Assembly: GCA_964016885.1 (NCBI GenBank)
Contig: OZ024744.1
Location: 73,222,001 to 73,286,000 of the forward strand
Direction: 5' to 3'
DNA length: 64,000 bases
Origin: Eledone cirrhosa
Lineage: Eukaryota
Shown here: piece by piece, positions 25,235 through 38,631 of the stretch
Position numbering within the stretch: the stretch's first letter is position 1
Layout of the letters: the number at the start of each line of letters is the position of its first letter
The notes under the pieces: generated by a model
The model's database searches: none
Told to the model about the DNA's origin: nothing
The model's input: the letters and a program-made list of their open reading frames with translations, nothing else
Program-made: the position numbers and the translations under genes

Positions 25235-28200
25235 ATGTTTCTTTATTAGCCACAGGGGCACAAAAGAAGGGGACAAATACAAAGGGGGAAGTTTACATAC
25301 AATAAAAACGTGTAAAATGTTATCACAAATGCAATTTAAAAAATTAGTCGATTTTCCCCAATAGGGGGAGACAGTTTATATGGGTAACACATACCGCCGA
25401 AAAAATGTGCAACCCTCATCTCCAGGAGTACGAAGAGTTTGTACTCCTTTCCTCTCCTCCTCCTTTTCCTCAACCTACAGGCTGATATAGAGAGAAGGCC
25501 CATTCACTCGGGCCATTCTCGCCACTTTCACCCACCTTTCATAAAACTTGCTGGGGTACAGCACCTCCCTCTCTATCCTGATTCTTCTTCCAAAGTGGTA
25601 TTTGAAAAAAAGAATCAGTTGTTGGCCGGAGAGAAAGGTGTCTGACCTCAGCCCTTTCAACCTTGTCCACCATACAACCTCTTTCGCCATAGCTATCACA
25701 CAAAGGGAAACCGCCTCTCCTTCGTTTTTGAAGGAGGGTGGCGGTTTGATCATGACAATGGACTCGGTGGTCAACCAGATTGGTCCCACCCGCGACAATA
25801 GTCGTTCTACATAGCCCCACAGGTCAGTGACACCCGGGCAGTGTATGAATGCGTGCGCGACGGTTTCTTCGTCTCGCACGCACCTCGGACAGATCTTTTT
25901 TGCAGGGTCCCTGCCCGGGCGCCCATGTCTGTAGAGCTTGTCACGAACTGGTAGAGCTCCTCGGTAGCACTGCCAGGCCAGGGACTTTTGGAAGTTGTCC
26001 ATCGGTCCCGGGCGGAAGGTCCTACCGAACAGACTGGCCAGTTCATCTTCCTCTACGCCTAGAGTTTCACCGAGCGCGTCGTCGCACTTGCTGCGGATCA
26101 ACCCTCTATAGAATGACGAAGTAGAGTCTCCACTGATCGCCGGGTCCGCCTGCCAGAGGGCTGTGAGCGCCTGAGCACATTCGATGTGCCAGTCGCCCAT
26201 TTTCCTCGGTATTTGCTTGACCCAGGACGGCAGCTCGGTCAGCGAGACGAGTCGTGGGAAGGCTCGCCTCACGAACGGGGCCCGCACCGGTTGTCCGGTG
26301 AGGAATACGTAGAGATGCCGAAGCCTGAGCGCGTGTTTGCGCATCGTCAGCCACGGCATCCCCAGCCCTCCGTTAGAAGGGTGTTGGCAGCAGATAGATC
26401 TTCTCACCAAAGGAGCCCGCCTCTTCCAAAGGAATTGGAAGAGCGCGCGCTCCATTTTGGTGAGCGTTTTGGCTGGACAAGGCACGACGGTTAAGCGGTA
26501 GTAGATGGCGGACGCTATAAAAGTGTTCGCCACCTCCGCTCGACCTTTCAAGGATAGTTTGCACTCGGCCCACTTCTGGGTGAGTGCAAACACCTTGGCC
26601 GTCACTTCGTTCCAGTTCTTCTCCACCTGGAGGTCCGGACCAAACCAGACCCCGAGCAGCTTTACCGGTCCTTCCGTCCAGCGTCCGACGACGCCATCGG
26701 ATGGCATCGGTTTGCCTCTCCACGATCCGAGTTGCAAACCGATGGACTTGTCCCGGTTCAGCTTCGCTCCTATGAAACTTTCGTATTCCCTCAGTAAGGT
26801 GCCGACTTCCTCGACTTGCGAGGCGGCCGACACCATTACTGTAACGTCGTCTGCGTAGGCCGACGCCGCTTTCTGCAGTCCCGGTTCCAGAGGGATGCCC
26901 TGCAATAGCTCCAACTTCCGCAGTAGTGGCTCGAGAGTCAGTACGTACAGAAGGGAGGAGAGAGGGCATCCCTGCCGAATGGATCGCGTAATATGGAACG
27001 GCTCCGAGAGGTAGCCGTTTACCTTGACCCTTGAGCAGATGTTGCTGTTGTGCATTGCAGCAATCCAGCCCCTGAACACGGGTCCGAAGCCTGCCGCCTC
27101 GAGCACCGCATCCAGGTAACGATGGTCAACCCTATCGAAAGCCTTAGACTGATCAAAGTTGATCAGGGCCCCACCGAAGCCGGGTGTACACCCTACCCTC
27201 TCTATGATGTATAGCATGAGGTGGTGGTTGTCGTGTATGGACCTGGTCGGGATTGCGCATGTCTGCGCTTCTCCCACCAGGTTCCCTACGACAAGCGGCT
27301 GCCTCTTTGCCAACACCTTTGCCAAAATCTGTAACTCTGTTTAGCAGAGTTATGGGCCGGAAGTTGCCTATGTCATCCCCCTTATTCTCGTCCTTCCTGA
27401 CTAGTGTGACTACGCCCCCGGTTACAGAACTGGGAATTCTCCCGTTCTGTTGCCAGTTGCAGTAGACCGCTTCCAGGAGACCGGAGAATAAGTCCGGCAT
27501 GTCTCGTAAAATTCGTAGGGTACACCGTCGAGACCTGGAGATTTGCGTTTGCCGCATTGGCTCAGCGCGTCCCCTATCTCAGCGGCCGAAATCGGCCTTT
27601 CGCAGAACTTCGCCTCGCTGTCCGAGAGTCGCAGTAGGCCGTCGAGTTATGGACCGAAATCCATAGCTCTTCCCGGCGCGGCGCCCTGCCCGAACAGTTG
27701 AGCAAAGTGCCGCTGAAATGCCGCGCACATCTGCTTCGGCTCACGTATCACGCGATCGTCTTGGTCCTTCAAAGACTGAATCGTGGACTTGTTGCCACTT
27801 TTCGCCTCCGTCACTCGGGCCCAGCTAACAGCTTTGGCTCCCTCGTTTCCCAGAGCACGTATTTTGCTTCTGACAACGCAGCCTTCATGCTTTGCGTCGA
27901 AGAACTGGTCCAAGGCCTTTCTCGTCGCTAGCACGCTGGCTACGTTGACACTCCTAAGTGCCTCTTCTACTTTATCTACCAGTTCCTTTTCGGACTTATT
28001 TCTATCTAACACTAATTCTTTACTAAAACCTATCGAGTCTAATCTAACTGCCCTCTTGAGAGAGTACCACCATCTGTTGTTGACAATGGCCCCTGTCAAG
28101 TGCTGCTTAACTAAAATGCTAATCCGTCTACTGTAGGCTTTGCATGTCGGTAACGACAAGTTCAGCTTCCAGTAGCCGGGTCCCTGTCTAGGGATTTTGT

Positions 28201-28933
28201 CAAGGTTGACTAATCAGGTCACTAATTTGTGATCTGAATAGGCAACCATGAACATTTGTGGACAGCTTAACATGTCCCTATCCTTCTTTCTAACTAGAAC
28301 CCTATCTAGGTACGATCTAGATGTTCCGCTAATATTAGTCCACGTCCACAGTGGCACAGTCGGGAAATTTAGTCGATATCTATCGGCCAGGTCAAATCGG
28401 CCGATTAACTGTTTGAGGCTGTTACACCCCTCTCTATCGGGACATGCTCCCACATAATCCCAACGTGCATCTAGGATTCCATTCCAGTCCCCCACTAACA
28501 GCAGGGAGCGGGACGTTCCCAGAAAACTCTCTAGACGTATGAAGAAGTCTGGTCGCGGTGTCCCTGATTGGGCATATGCGGCCACTAGCCTGAAGGCTCC
28601 ACCTACACTACCGTCAACGTCTAGGACCACCAGTCGACCCTCCGGGTCCAGATGTACCGTCTGTGTTACGAGGCCCAGGTGTTTTCGCAGCAAAACGGCA
28701 ACCCCGCTCCCACCCCCCGGCCGACAGAGAGATGCGTAGATCTCAAAGTCATCGAAGATGGCGGCTAGCTGTCGCTCGCTGTGGATCCTGGACTCGCAAA
28801 TGGCTACTACATCCATACTGTGCGACCTGAGGTCGTTTAAGAGTTTGCCTTGTTTCCAGGGCATCCCCAGGCCGCGTACATTCACACATCCAACTCTTAT
28901 ATTGGTCATGTTGGTGAGGAAAAGTTAAAAGAA
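25235..28933 (-). mobile_element. Tx1-clade (L1 group) LINE copy A: ORF2 only (APE, RT, C-terminal zinc motif), disrupted
   Basis: MTNIRVGCVNVRGL, CESR, VGDWN, SYLDR, YSDH; DQSKAFDRV, IRQGCPLS, YADD; CPRC...ETVAHAFIHC. Several stops and frameshifts. AATAAA at the 3' end; both ends abut GATA/GACA repeats. Confidence 0.93.
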
Positions 28934-29000
28934 GATAGATAGATAGACAGATAGACAGACAACTAGGCAAACAGAGGGATAGACAAACGGAACACACACG

Positions 29001-29034
<34 letters not shown>

Positions 29035-29058
29035 GACACACACACACACACACACACA

Positions 29059-29132
<74 letters not shown>

Positions 29133-29474
29133 AATAGCCGGTAGCCTACTCTATAAATACGGAAAAATGTTGGATCGATTCACTTCCGGCATTCGAACCT
29201 CGTTGGCCAAATTCCGGGACATCAAGATGGTTTTGGAAAGAATTTATCAAAACTTCCTATGGCAGATTGTCGAAGCATTTGATGTCCTTCAAAGATTCTC
29301 CACAAGTGTCTTCATGAAAACTCCAGCTCCTTTGTCACTAGAGATTCTAGCTATAGGGACGACTAAAATCAATTGATAATAGGAATAGATGTGGTGAAAG
29401 AATGCAACCCCAGGGGACGCTAATGTTAACCTTATAAAGAAGAAGCTAATGTATGGCATCAATTCCGCTGACAA

Positions 29475-29925
29475 TAATGGTTTCTTATATAGTCACAAAA
29501 TCAACAATTTGGGGGGAGGGGAAACTCGATTAAATCGACCCCAGTACGTGACTGGTACTTTATTTTATCAACCGCGTAAGGATGAAAGACAAAGTTAAAC
29601 TTTCTGCGGGATTTGAACTCAGACTATAAAAGGCCGTAACTCTATGCTACAAAGTATGGTGTCTGACGCTCTACCGATACTGCCAAACCACCGCCCTCTA
29701 TAATAATAATAATGATTTCTAGTATAGGCCAGCAATTTTGGAAGAGGAGAACGTCGATTAAATCGTCCCCAGTGCGTGACTGGTACTTTATTTTATCGAC
29801 CCCGTAAGGATGAAAGACAAAGTTAACCTCGGCAGGATTTTGAACTCAGATCACAAAGGGCCGTAACTCTGTGCTGCAAAGCATGGTGTCCGACTCTCTA
29901 CCGATACTGCCAAACCACCGCCCTT
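29475..29925 (-). mobile_element. Tandem pair of Meta-type SINEs with a possible diverged target duplication
   Basis: Two full reverse-complement copies; flanks TTCCGCTGACAATA (29463) and TTCTGCCGACAATA (29924). Confidence 0.8.
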
Positions 29926-30357
29926 CTGCCGACAATACTAAATCAAGACAAGGCCTGCAAGAACAAACAGGAGTATTGATTGAGTTCATGTTTAGCATGT
30001 CTCCTTCATCGGACAACAGGTTGTGAAAAACGAGGATAATTTCTGCTATGTTGTCAATATGGCAACTCAGTATATGTTTTCGTCGGTACTCAGAGTTTCA
30101 TGGTAGTATACCATTAGTCATAGCAGATGTATCTCCTGTGCATCATCAATTTTCAGACTTTATGTAAAGGTATATCTGCTCCAGGGTCTTGTTCACTTGC
30201 GGTGCATATTTTCTTTGAAAAAGCTTTTGCTGAATTTTTTAATTTTGAACCAGGGGAGTCAAAATTTAGGAAAATATATTGCCACTTGTTTGTTGGCTAC
30301 GTCAAAGCCCAGATCTTCAGTATGCTGGACCGACTCCTGAGCTTTACGGACGTTATA

Positions 30358-31000
30358 TCGTAAATTCACAGTAGTTAAATCTTGGATCTTCAGCAAAGGG
30401 GAAGAAATAACTATCTGTGTTTACACATCAAATGCAAATCTGCGAGTGACCCGTCGCACGTGTTGCAATTCTAAAACTAGTAACAACATGCTAGCGTCTT
30501 CCCATTGGCGTGAATAGGGTGGTTGACAGCTATAAATAGCAGCCGAGTCCATTCAACCGAATTAGCTCTACAATTAAGGAACCGTTTATATATCCGAAAT
30601 AAATTAAATTAATTTAAATTAAGGGAGTCATATCCGTGACATGCGCCATATCCTCCTTGCTGAAGATCCAAGAATTAACTACTGCGACTTTACGGATTAT
30701 TGGTGAAATATATTTCTTTAATGAAATATATACAAGGGGGATTAATCATTTTTTAAAAGGTAATATTTGAAGCTCTAGTTAAACTTTAATTAGTTACCTA
30801 CCTAGGTCTGTGTGGTTACACACTTTACAAATTATCCCCTGTGATTGTTTCATGTGTTTATTTTAAATACATATATATATATATATGTCAATCAATTTCT
30901 AGTTGATATAAAATGCTCGGATCTATTCATTGGAATCTTTGAGCTTATTCTACGGTGGATATGGCGCATGTCTTGGACATGACTCCCTTAATTTAATTTA
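30358..31000. mobile_element. PLE-like non-coding element with two interleaved inverted repeats and a disrupted hammerhead (30655-30737, plus strand)
   Basis: 30358-30396 is inverted at ~30655-30694, and 30610-30653 is inverted at 30957-31000. CCTTG-CTGAAGA-tCCAA...TTGGt-GAAA[duplication]TATA-TA-CAAGG. Confidence 0.6.
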
Positions 31001-31053
31001 TATATATATAAAGGGAGATGGAGATAGATAGAGATAGAGATTGATAGATAGAT

Positions 31054-34047
31054 ATATTTCTTTATTTGCCACAAGGGCGCACAAGAAAAGGGGACAATAC
31101 AAAGACACATGCCGGGGATTTTACATACAGTCGTGTAAAAATATTATTAAAACAAACAAATTTAACAATCGAAATCCCCAATAGGGGGGATGCGTTACAA
31201 ATGGGTTGTTTAATACTCCGTCGATAGAACAACCCTCAACTTCAGGAGCGTGTTGTACAAGTACTCCTTTCTTCCTTTAGTTCTCTTTCTCAACCTACAG
31301 GTTTATATGCAGAGAAGACCCAATCACTCGGGCCATTTTTGCCACATTCACCCACCTTTCAGTAAATTTACTGGGGTGCAGTGCCTCTCTCTCCACTCTG
31401 ATTCTCCTAAAGTGGTACCTAAAGAAGGGAATGAGATGTTGTCCGGAGAGAAAGTCATCTGTCCTCAGTCCTCTCAATCTCGTCCACCATATAACTTCTT
31501 TCACCATAGCTACCATAGAGAGGAAAACCGCATCTCTTTCGCTTTTGAAAGAAGTTGTCGATTTGATCCTTACTATGGACTTGGCACTCAACTGGATTTG
31601 TCCCATACACCACAGCAGTTATTCTGCGTAGTTCCACAGGTCGGTTACGCCCGGGCAGTGTACAATTGCGTGCAAGACGGTTTCAATGTCCTTCGCGCAT
31701 CTTGGAAACGTCCTCTTGGAAGGATCCCTGCTAGGGTGTCCGTGCCTATAGATCTTGTCTCGAACTAGTAGAGCTCCTCGGTAGCACTGCCAAGCCAGAG
31801 ACCTCTGGAAGTTGTCCATAGGTCCCGGGCGGAAAGTCCTACCAAACAGACAGGTGAGCTCGTCGTCTTCGACTCTTAGATCTCTCCGAGCACGTCGTCG
31901 CCCTTGTGACGTAGTAACCCTCTATAGAATGTCGAAGTGGAGTCTCCACTGATTGATAGAGGACTGTGAGCGCATTTAATGTGCCAGGCGCCCATCTTCT
32001 TCGGTCTCCACTTGACCCAGGACTGCAACTCCGCCAGCGAAACAAGTTGCGGGAAGGCCGGTCTCACAAACGGTGCTCACACCGGTTGGTCAGTGAGGAA
32101 TACCTGGAGATGCCGCAGCCCCAGCGCATCTTTGCGCATCATCAGCCACGGCATTCCCAGCCCTCCGCTGGAAAGGCGGTGACAGCAGACGGATCTTCTC
32201 ACCAGTGGAGCCTGCTTCTTCCAAAGGAACTGGAAGAGCATGCGTTCCATCCTGGTGACGTGTTCACGGGAACGAGGCACGACAGTCAAGCGGTAGTAGA
32301 AGACGGACGTTATGAAAGTGTTCGCCACCTCCGCTCGACCTTTCAAGGACAGTTTGCACTCTGCCCACTTCTGGGTGAGCGCAAATACCTTGGCTGTGAC
32401 CTCGTTCCAGTTTTTCTCCAACTGGAGGTCCGGACCGAACCAGACCCCGAGCAATTTCACCGGACCTTCCGTCTAGCGTCCGACGACGCTGTCGGACGGC
32501 ATCGGTTTGCCTCTCCACGTTCCGAGTTGCAAATCGACAGACTTGTCCGGGTTCAGTTTTTCTTCTGTGAGCCTTTCGCATTCCTGCAGTAAGTTGCCGA
32601 TCGCCCCGATTTCCGAAGTTTCCGACACCATTACTGTCACGTCGGCACAAGCCGACGCCGCTTTCCGCAGTCCCGGTTCCAACGGGATGCCCTGCAGAAG
32701 CTCCAACTTCCGCAGTAGTGGCTCTAGAGTCAGTACGTACAGAATGGAGGAGAGAGGGCATCGTTGTCGGATGGAACGCGTGATTGCGAACGGATGCGAT
32801 AGGTAGCCGTCCACCTTGACCGTCGAGCAGATGTTGGTGTGCATTGCGGCGATCCAGCCTCTGAAGACGGGTCCGAAAGCGGCCGCCTTGAGAACCGCTT
32901 CCAAGTATCGATGGTCGACCCTTTCGAACGCCTTAGACTGATATAAATTGATCAAAACCCCACCAAAGCCGGGTTTACACCCCACTCTCTCTATGATGTA
33001 TCGCATGAGGTGGAGGTTGTCGTGTATCGACCTGGTCAGGATTGCACACGTTTGCGCTTTCCCTACCAGGTTCTCGACGACAAGCGCCAGCCTCGTTGCT
33101 AACACCTTGGCCAAAATTTTTAACTCTGTTGAGCAGAGTTATGGGCCTAAAGTTGCTTAGTTCGTCCCCCTTGTTTCCGTCTTTCCTGATCAGGGGCGTA
33201 GTAACCCTGATCAGGAAACAAGTCCGGCATGCCTATGTAAAACTCATAGGGTAGACTATCTAGACCGGGTGATTTGCGTTTCCCGCAGAGGCCCAGAGCG
33301 TCCCGTATCTCAGTGGCTGTGATCGGTCTTTCGCAGAACTCGGCGTCCATGCTCGAGAGACGCGGTAGGCCGCCGAGGTATAAACCGAAGTCCATTGCCC
33401 CGTTCGACGCACCACCACTCTGCTCTCGAACAGCTGCGCAAAGTGCCGCTGAAAGGCCGCGCACATCCGCTTGGAGTTAAGTAGCACGCGTCCGTTTTGG
33501 TCTTTCAAAGCCCGAATCGTGGACTTGTTGCCACTTTGCGCCTCTGCCACTTGGGCCCAGCTAACAGCTTTTGCTCTCTCGCTTCATAGAGCAAAAGCTG
33601 ACCAGGCGGCCTTCGTGTTTCGCGTCAAAGAACTGGTCCAGTGCAGTTCTCGTTGCTAGCACTCTAGCTGTGTTTCCACTCCTAAGCGCCTCCTCTACCT
33701 TGACTACTACTTCTGTTTCTGTTTTGTTTTCTCTAAAGCTAATTCTCTGCTAAAATCTATCGACTCGACTCTAATTGTTCTCTTGCGAGAGTAGCACCAT
33801 CTATTGTTGACGATGGCTCCCGTCAACTCTTGCTTAACTAATCTACTTATCCGTTCACTGTAGGTTTTTCGTGCCGACGACGGCACGTTCAGCTTCCAGT
33901 ATCCAGGTCCTTGACTATGTATTCTATCACGGTTGACTATGCAGACGACTAGTTTGTGATCTGAATAGGCAACCATGTGCATTTGTGGACAGCTTAACAT
34001 CTTCTTGTCCTTTTCTCTAAAGAAAAACCTATCTAGATACGATCTAG
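31054..34047 (-). mobile_element. Tx1-clade LINE copy B, 5'-truncated within the APE domain, heavily degenerate
   Basis: Fragmented ORFs homologous to copies A and C (YSDHKLV, QSKAFERV, LSLKGRAEV, WQCYRGAL); flanked by GATA/GACA repeats. Confidence 0.92.
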
Positions 34048-34072
34048 GTAGTTAGACAGACAGACAGACACA

Positions 34073-34148
<76 letters not shown>

Positions 34149-34799
34149 GTGTGTGTGTGTGTGTATATGTGGGTGTGTTCGTGTGTATACATATCAGTAT
34201 ATATGCGCATGTATACATATATGTATGTATATATACAACGTATTTGTCAGACTAAGAGCGTCCAGGTATGTATCTCCCCAAGGACGCGACACCACCAACA
34301 CATCCACCACACCACCACAAACGCCACTACCATAAACAACAACACCACAACCACAGCCCACACACGCCAACCCATCTACAGAGAACCCACTAACCTCACA
34401 CCACAGTAAGCGACCATAACCACCATCTTATCATCACATTCACCCCCACATACACTACAGGCCAAAGCCAATCCGCCACCACCACACCACAGCCCATCAC
34501 AACCAGTGACCGTCACCAACATCTCATCATCACATCCACCCCATATACACTACAGGCCAGTACATCCCCTTGATCCGTCCCACCAATCAAAACAACTCAT
34601 TTTGTCAAACTCTTGAACTTCTGACTTTACCACATAGCATGTATTTCATTTTCTTATAGCATTTTAAAGGGTCCGTCGAATCACCGATTATTGAGTCGGG
34701 TAGGATCGATACAGATCGAACCTTGAGCTGATCAGTGGCGACACGCGCGTCACCTGCCAATAAATGTAATGAAGGAGTAATCAATCGTCCTTGTTATCC

Positions 34800-34852
<53 letters not shown>

Positions 34853-34876
34853 GGAGATGGAGATAGATAGATAGAT

Positions 34877-34903
34877 ATATTTCTTTATTAGCCACAAGGG
34901 CGC

Positions 34904-34905
<2 letters not shown>
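34877..34905 (-). mobile_element. ~29-bp 3' stub of the Tx1 LINE inside (GATA)n
   Basis: ATATTTCTTTATTAGCCACAAGGGCGCA matches the 3' terminus of copy B. Confidence 0.75.
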
Positions 34906-34970
<65 letters not shown>

Positions 34971-35201
34971 ATTTCTATTTATTTGCCACGAGGGCACAAA
35001 AGAAGGGGACATTTACACAGTGGGGGAGTTTACATAAATCGAGTAAAGAAAAAAGGAATAACAATAATAATATAACAATAAAAAGTCCTCAAAAGGGAGG
35101 GGGCGTGTTGGGGATTGCACATACCCCCGAAAAGTGTGCAACTCTTTTCGCGGGGGAAGCCCAGAGAGGAGGCGCTCCCCCTTTCCTCTTCACTTCTTCA
35201 C

Positions 35202-38200
35202 CTACAGAACAATGTAGAGAGAAGGCCCATTTACACGGGCCATTCTCGCTTCTTTCACCCACCTTTCATAAAACTGTCTGGGACCAAGCACTTCTCTCTC
35301 CATCCTGATTCTTCTTCCGAAGTGGTATCGGAAGAAGTAAACCAGGTGATGGCCGGAGAGAAAGTCACCCGACCTCAGACCTTTCAGGCGCGTCCACCAC
35401 ACAACCTCTTTCATCATGGCTATTACGCACAGAAAGACCGCCTCTGCTTCATTTCTGAAGGGAGGAGGCGGCTTGATGTTCACCACAGACTCGGCGGTTA
35501 ATCGAATCGGCGCCACACGCGACAGCAGTCGTTCGACGTAGCCCCACAGATCGGCAACGCCCGGGCAGTGTACCAGTGCATGCGCAACGGTTTCCTCGTC
35601 GCGCACGCATCTGGTACAGATCTTTTTCGCGGGATCCCTGCCCGGGCGCCCGTGTCTGTAGAGCTTTTCTCGAACGGGCAGAGCCCCCCGGTAACACTGC
35701 CAGGCTAGGGACCTCTGGAAGTTGTCCATGGGTCCCGGGCCGAAAGTTCTACCGAACAGGCTGGCCAGTTCGTCCTCCTCCATGCCTAGCGACTCTCCAA
35801 GGGTGTCGTCGCCCCTGCTAGCCACCAACCCTCTATAGAATGTCGAGGTGGATTCTCCACTGACAGTCGGGTCCGCTTGCCAGATAGCCGTGAGCGCCTG
35901 GGCACACTCGGTGTGCCAGTTGCCCAGTTTTCTCGGTCTTTGCTTCACCCAGGATTGCAGTTCGGTGAGCGAGACGAGCTGTGGGAAGGCTCGCCTCACA
36001 AACGGGGCCCACACCGGCTGACCGTTGAGGAATACCTGTAGATGCCGTAGCCTCAATGCGTGCCTACGCATCAACAGCCACGGCATACCCAGCCCTCCTT
36101 TCGAAGGGTGCTGGCAGCAGATGGATCTCCTCACCATGGGAGGCCGCTTCTTCCAGAGGAACTGGAAGAGCATGCGTTCCATGATGGTGAGCTTTTCCTT
36201 GGGGCAAGGCACGACGGTCAGGCGGTAGTAGATGACGGACGCTATGTAAGCGTTCGTCACCTCCGCCCGACCTTTCAGTGATAGTTTGCACTTGGCCCAC
36301 TTCTGGGTCAGCGCAAACACCCTGCTCGTCACCTCGCCCCAATTCTTCTCCACCTGGAGGTCCGGTCCGAACCAGACCCCGAGCAGCTTCACCGGGCCCT
36401 CCGTCCACCGCCCGACGACACCGTCTAACGGCATCGGTTTGCCCCTCCACGTTCCGAGTTGCAAACCGACTGACTTGTCCCGGTTCAGCTTAGCCCCCGT
36501 CAGCCTTTCGTATTCCTCCAGTAGGGTGGCGATCGCCCCGATTTCCGAGGCGTCCGCCACCATTACTGTTACGTCGTCGGCATAGGCCGAGACCGCTTTG
36601 TGCAATCCCGGTTCCAGGGGTATGCCCCGCAGCAACTCCAACTTCCGCAGCAGTGGCTCGAGAGTCAATACGTACAGAAGGGAGGAGAGGGGGCACCCCT
36701 GTCTGATGGATCGGGTGATTTGAAACGGCTCCGAGAGGTAGCCGTTTACTTTAATCCTAGAGTAGATGTTGCCACTGTGCATGGCAGAAATCCAGCCCCT
36801 GAAAACGGGTCCGAAGCCCGCCGCCGCTAGCACCGCATCCAGGTAACCATGGTCGACCCTATCGAACGCCTTAGATTGATCCAAGTTGATCAGGGCCCCA
36901 CCAAAGCCGGGTTCGTAGCCAACCCTCTCTATGATGTATCGCATGAGGTGGAGGTTGTCGTGAATGGACCTGGACGGGATAGCGCATGTCTGCGCGTCTC
37001 CCACCAAACCACCCACCACAAGCGCCAACCTCTTCGCCAACACCTTGGCCAAAATCTGTAACTCTGCATTCAGCAGAGTTATGGGCCTAAAGTTACTTAA
37101 GTCGTCCCCCTTGCTCTCGTCCTTCCTCACTATCGTGACCACGCCCTTGGTCACAGAACAGGGAATTCTCCCGTTCTGTTGCCAGTTGCAATAGACAGCC
37201 TCGAGGAGTTCGGAGAACAAGACCGGCATAGCTAAATAAAGTTCGTATGGTAGACCATCGAGACCCGGGGATTTGCGTCTGCTGCATTGGCTGAGCGCTT
37301 CCCCGATTTCAGTGGCTGTGATTGGCCTTTCGCAGCACTCCGCTTCGCCGCTCGAAAGACGCGGTAGACCGTCGAGGTATGGACCGAAGTCCACATCCCC
37401 GTCCGGCCCCCCGCCACCTCCGAACAGTCGAGCAAAGTGCCTTTGAAAGGTCTCGCACATTCGCTCAGGTTCAAGGATCACCCGTCCATCCTGGTCTCGC
37501 AAAGACCGAATGGTGGATTTAATCCCACTCTTGGCTTCTGTCACGCGGGCCCAGCTAACAGCTTTGGTCCCCTCGTTTCCTAAAGCACGTATTTTACTTC
37601 GGACAACGCAGCCTTCGTGCTTCGCGTCAAAGAACTGGCTCAATGCCGTTCTCGTCGCTAACACTCTGGCTACGTCTCCGCTCCTAATCGCCTCTTCTAG
37701 TTTATCTGTTAACTCCCTTTCCCTCCTATTTCTATTCGCCGCTAGTTCCTTACTGTAACCTATCGAACTTACTCTAATCTCTCTCTTTAGAGATATCCAC
37801 CACCTACTGTTGACGATCGCTCCCGTCAACCGCATCTTAACTAAGCTACTAATCCGGTTTCTGTAATCTTTTTTTGTCGGTAAGGACAAGTTCATCTTCC
37901 AGTAACCGGGACCCTGTCTATGCGTTCTATCAAGGTTGACCACGCAGGTCACTAATTTGTGATCTGAATAGCCAACCATGATCAGTTCTGGACAACTAAA
38001 TACTCCTTACTCCTAACCAAAAACCTATCTAGGTACGATCTAGATTGTCCACTGCGGTTTGCCCAGGTCCAGGTTGGCGCAGTTGGACAATCTAGTCGAA
38101 ATCTATCGACCAGGTCGAATCGATCGAGTAACCCCTTGAGGCTGCTACACCCCCCTCTATCGGGACATGCCCCTGCATAGTCCCAACGCGCATCTAGGAT

Positions 38201-38626
38201 TCCATTCCAGTCCCCCACTAAAAGCAGGGAACGCGACGTTCCTAGAAAAGTCTCCAGACGCTGGAAGAAGTCGGCTCTTTCCGCCCCGAAGGGAGCATAA
38301 AGACCGACCAGTCTGAAAGCCCCGCCTTCACCGCCTCCGACGTCCAGCACCAGTAATCGACCCCCCGGGTCCGAGTGAACAATCTTTACGTCGAGAGTCA
38401 GACGTTTATCCAGCAGTACGGCAACTCCCCCCCCCCCGCCTCCGGGTTGACAGAGAGATGCGTGCATCTCAAAGTCATCGAAGGCGGGCGCCAGCTGTCT
38501 CACGCTGCTGATCCGACTCTCGCAAACAACCATCACATCTATACTTTGTGACCTGAGGTCACTTAGAAGCTTTGCTTGCTTCCAAGCTGAGCCCAGGCCA
38601 CGCGCGTTCAAACAGCCAACTCTCAA
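35202..38626 (-). pseudogene. LINE ORF2 (APE endonuclease, RT, zinc motif), one frameshift near 37980-38010
   Basis: 214-aa APE part plus 925-aa ORF with LDQSKAFDRV, QGCPLS, YADD and CTRC...HALVHC. Confidence 0.93.
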
Positions 38627-38631
38627 TTGAT

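Noticed and set aside
29130-30350. Decayed coding sequence around the SINE pair
   Set aside because: Looks like an old element, but I recognise no protein motif in any frame.
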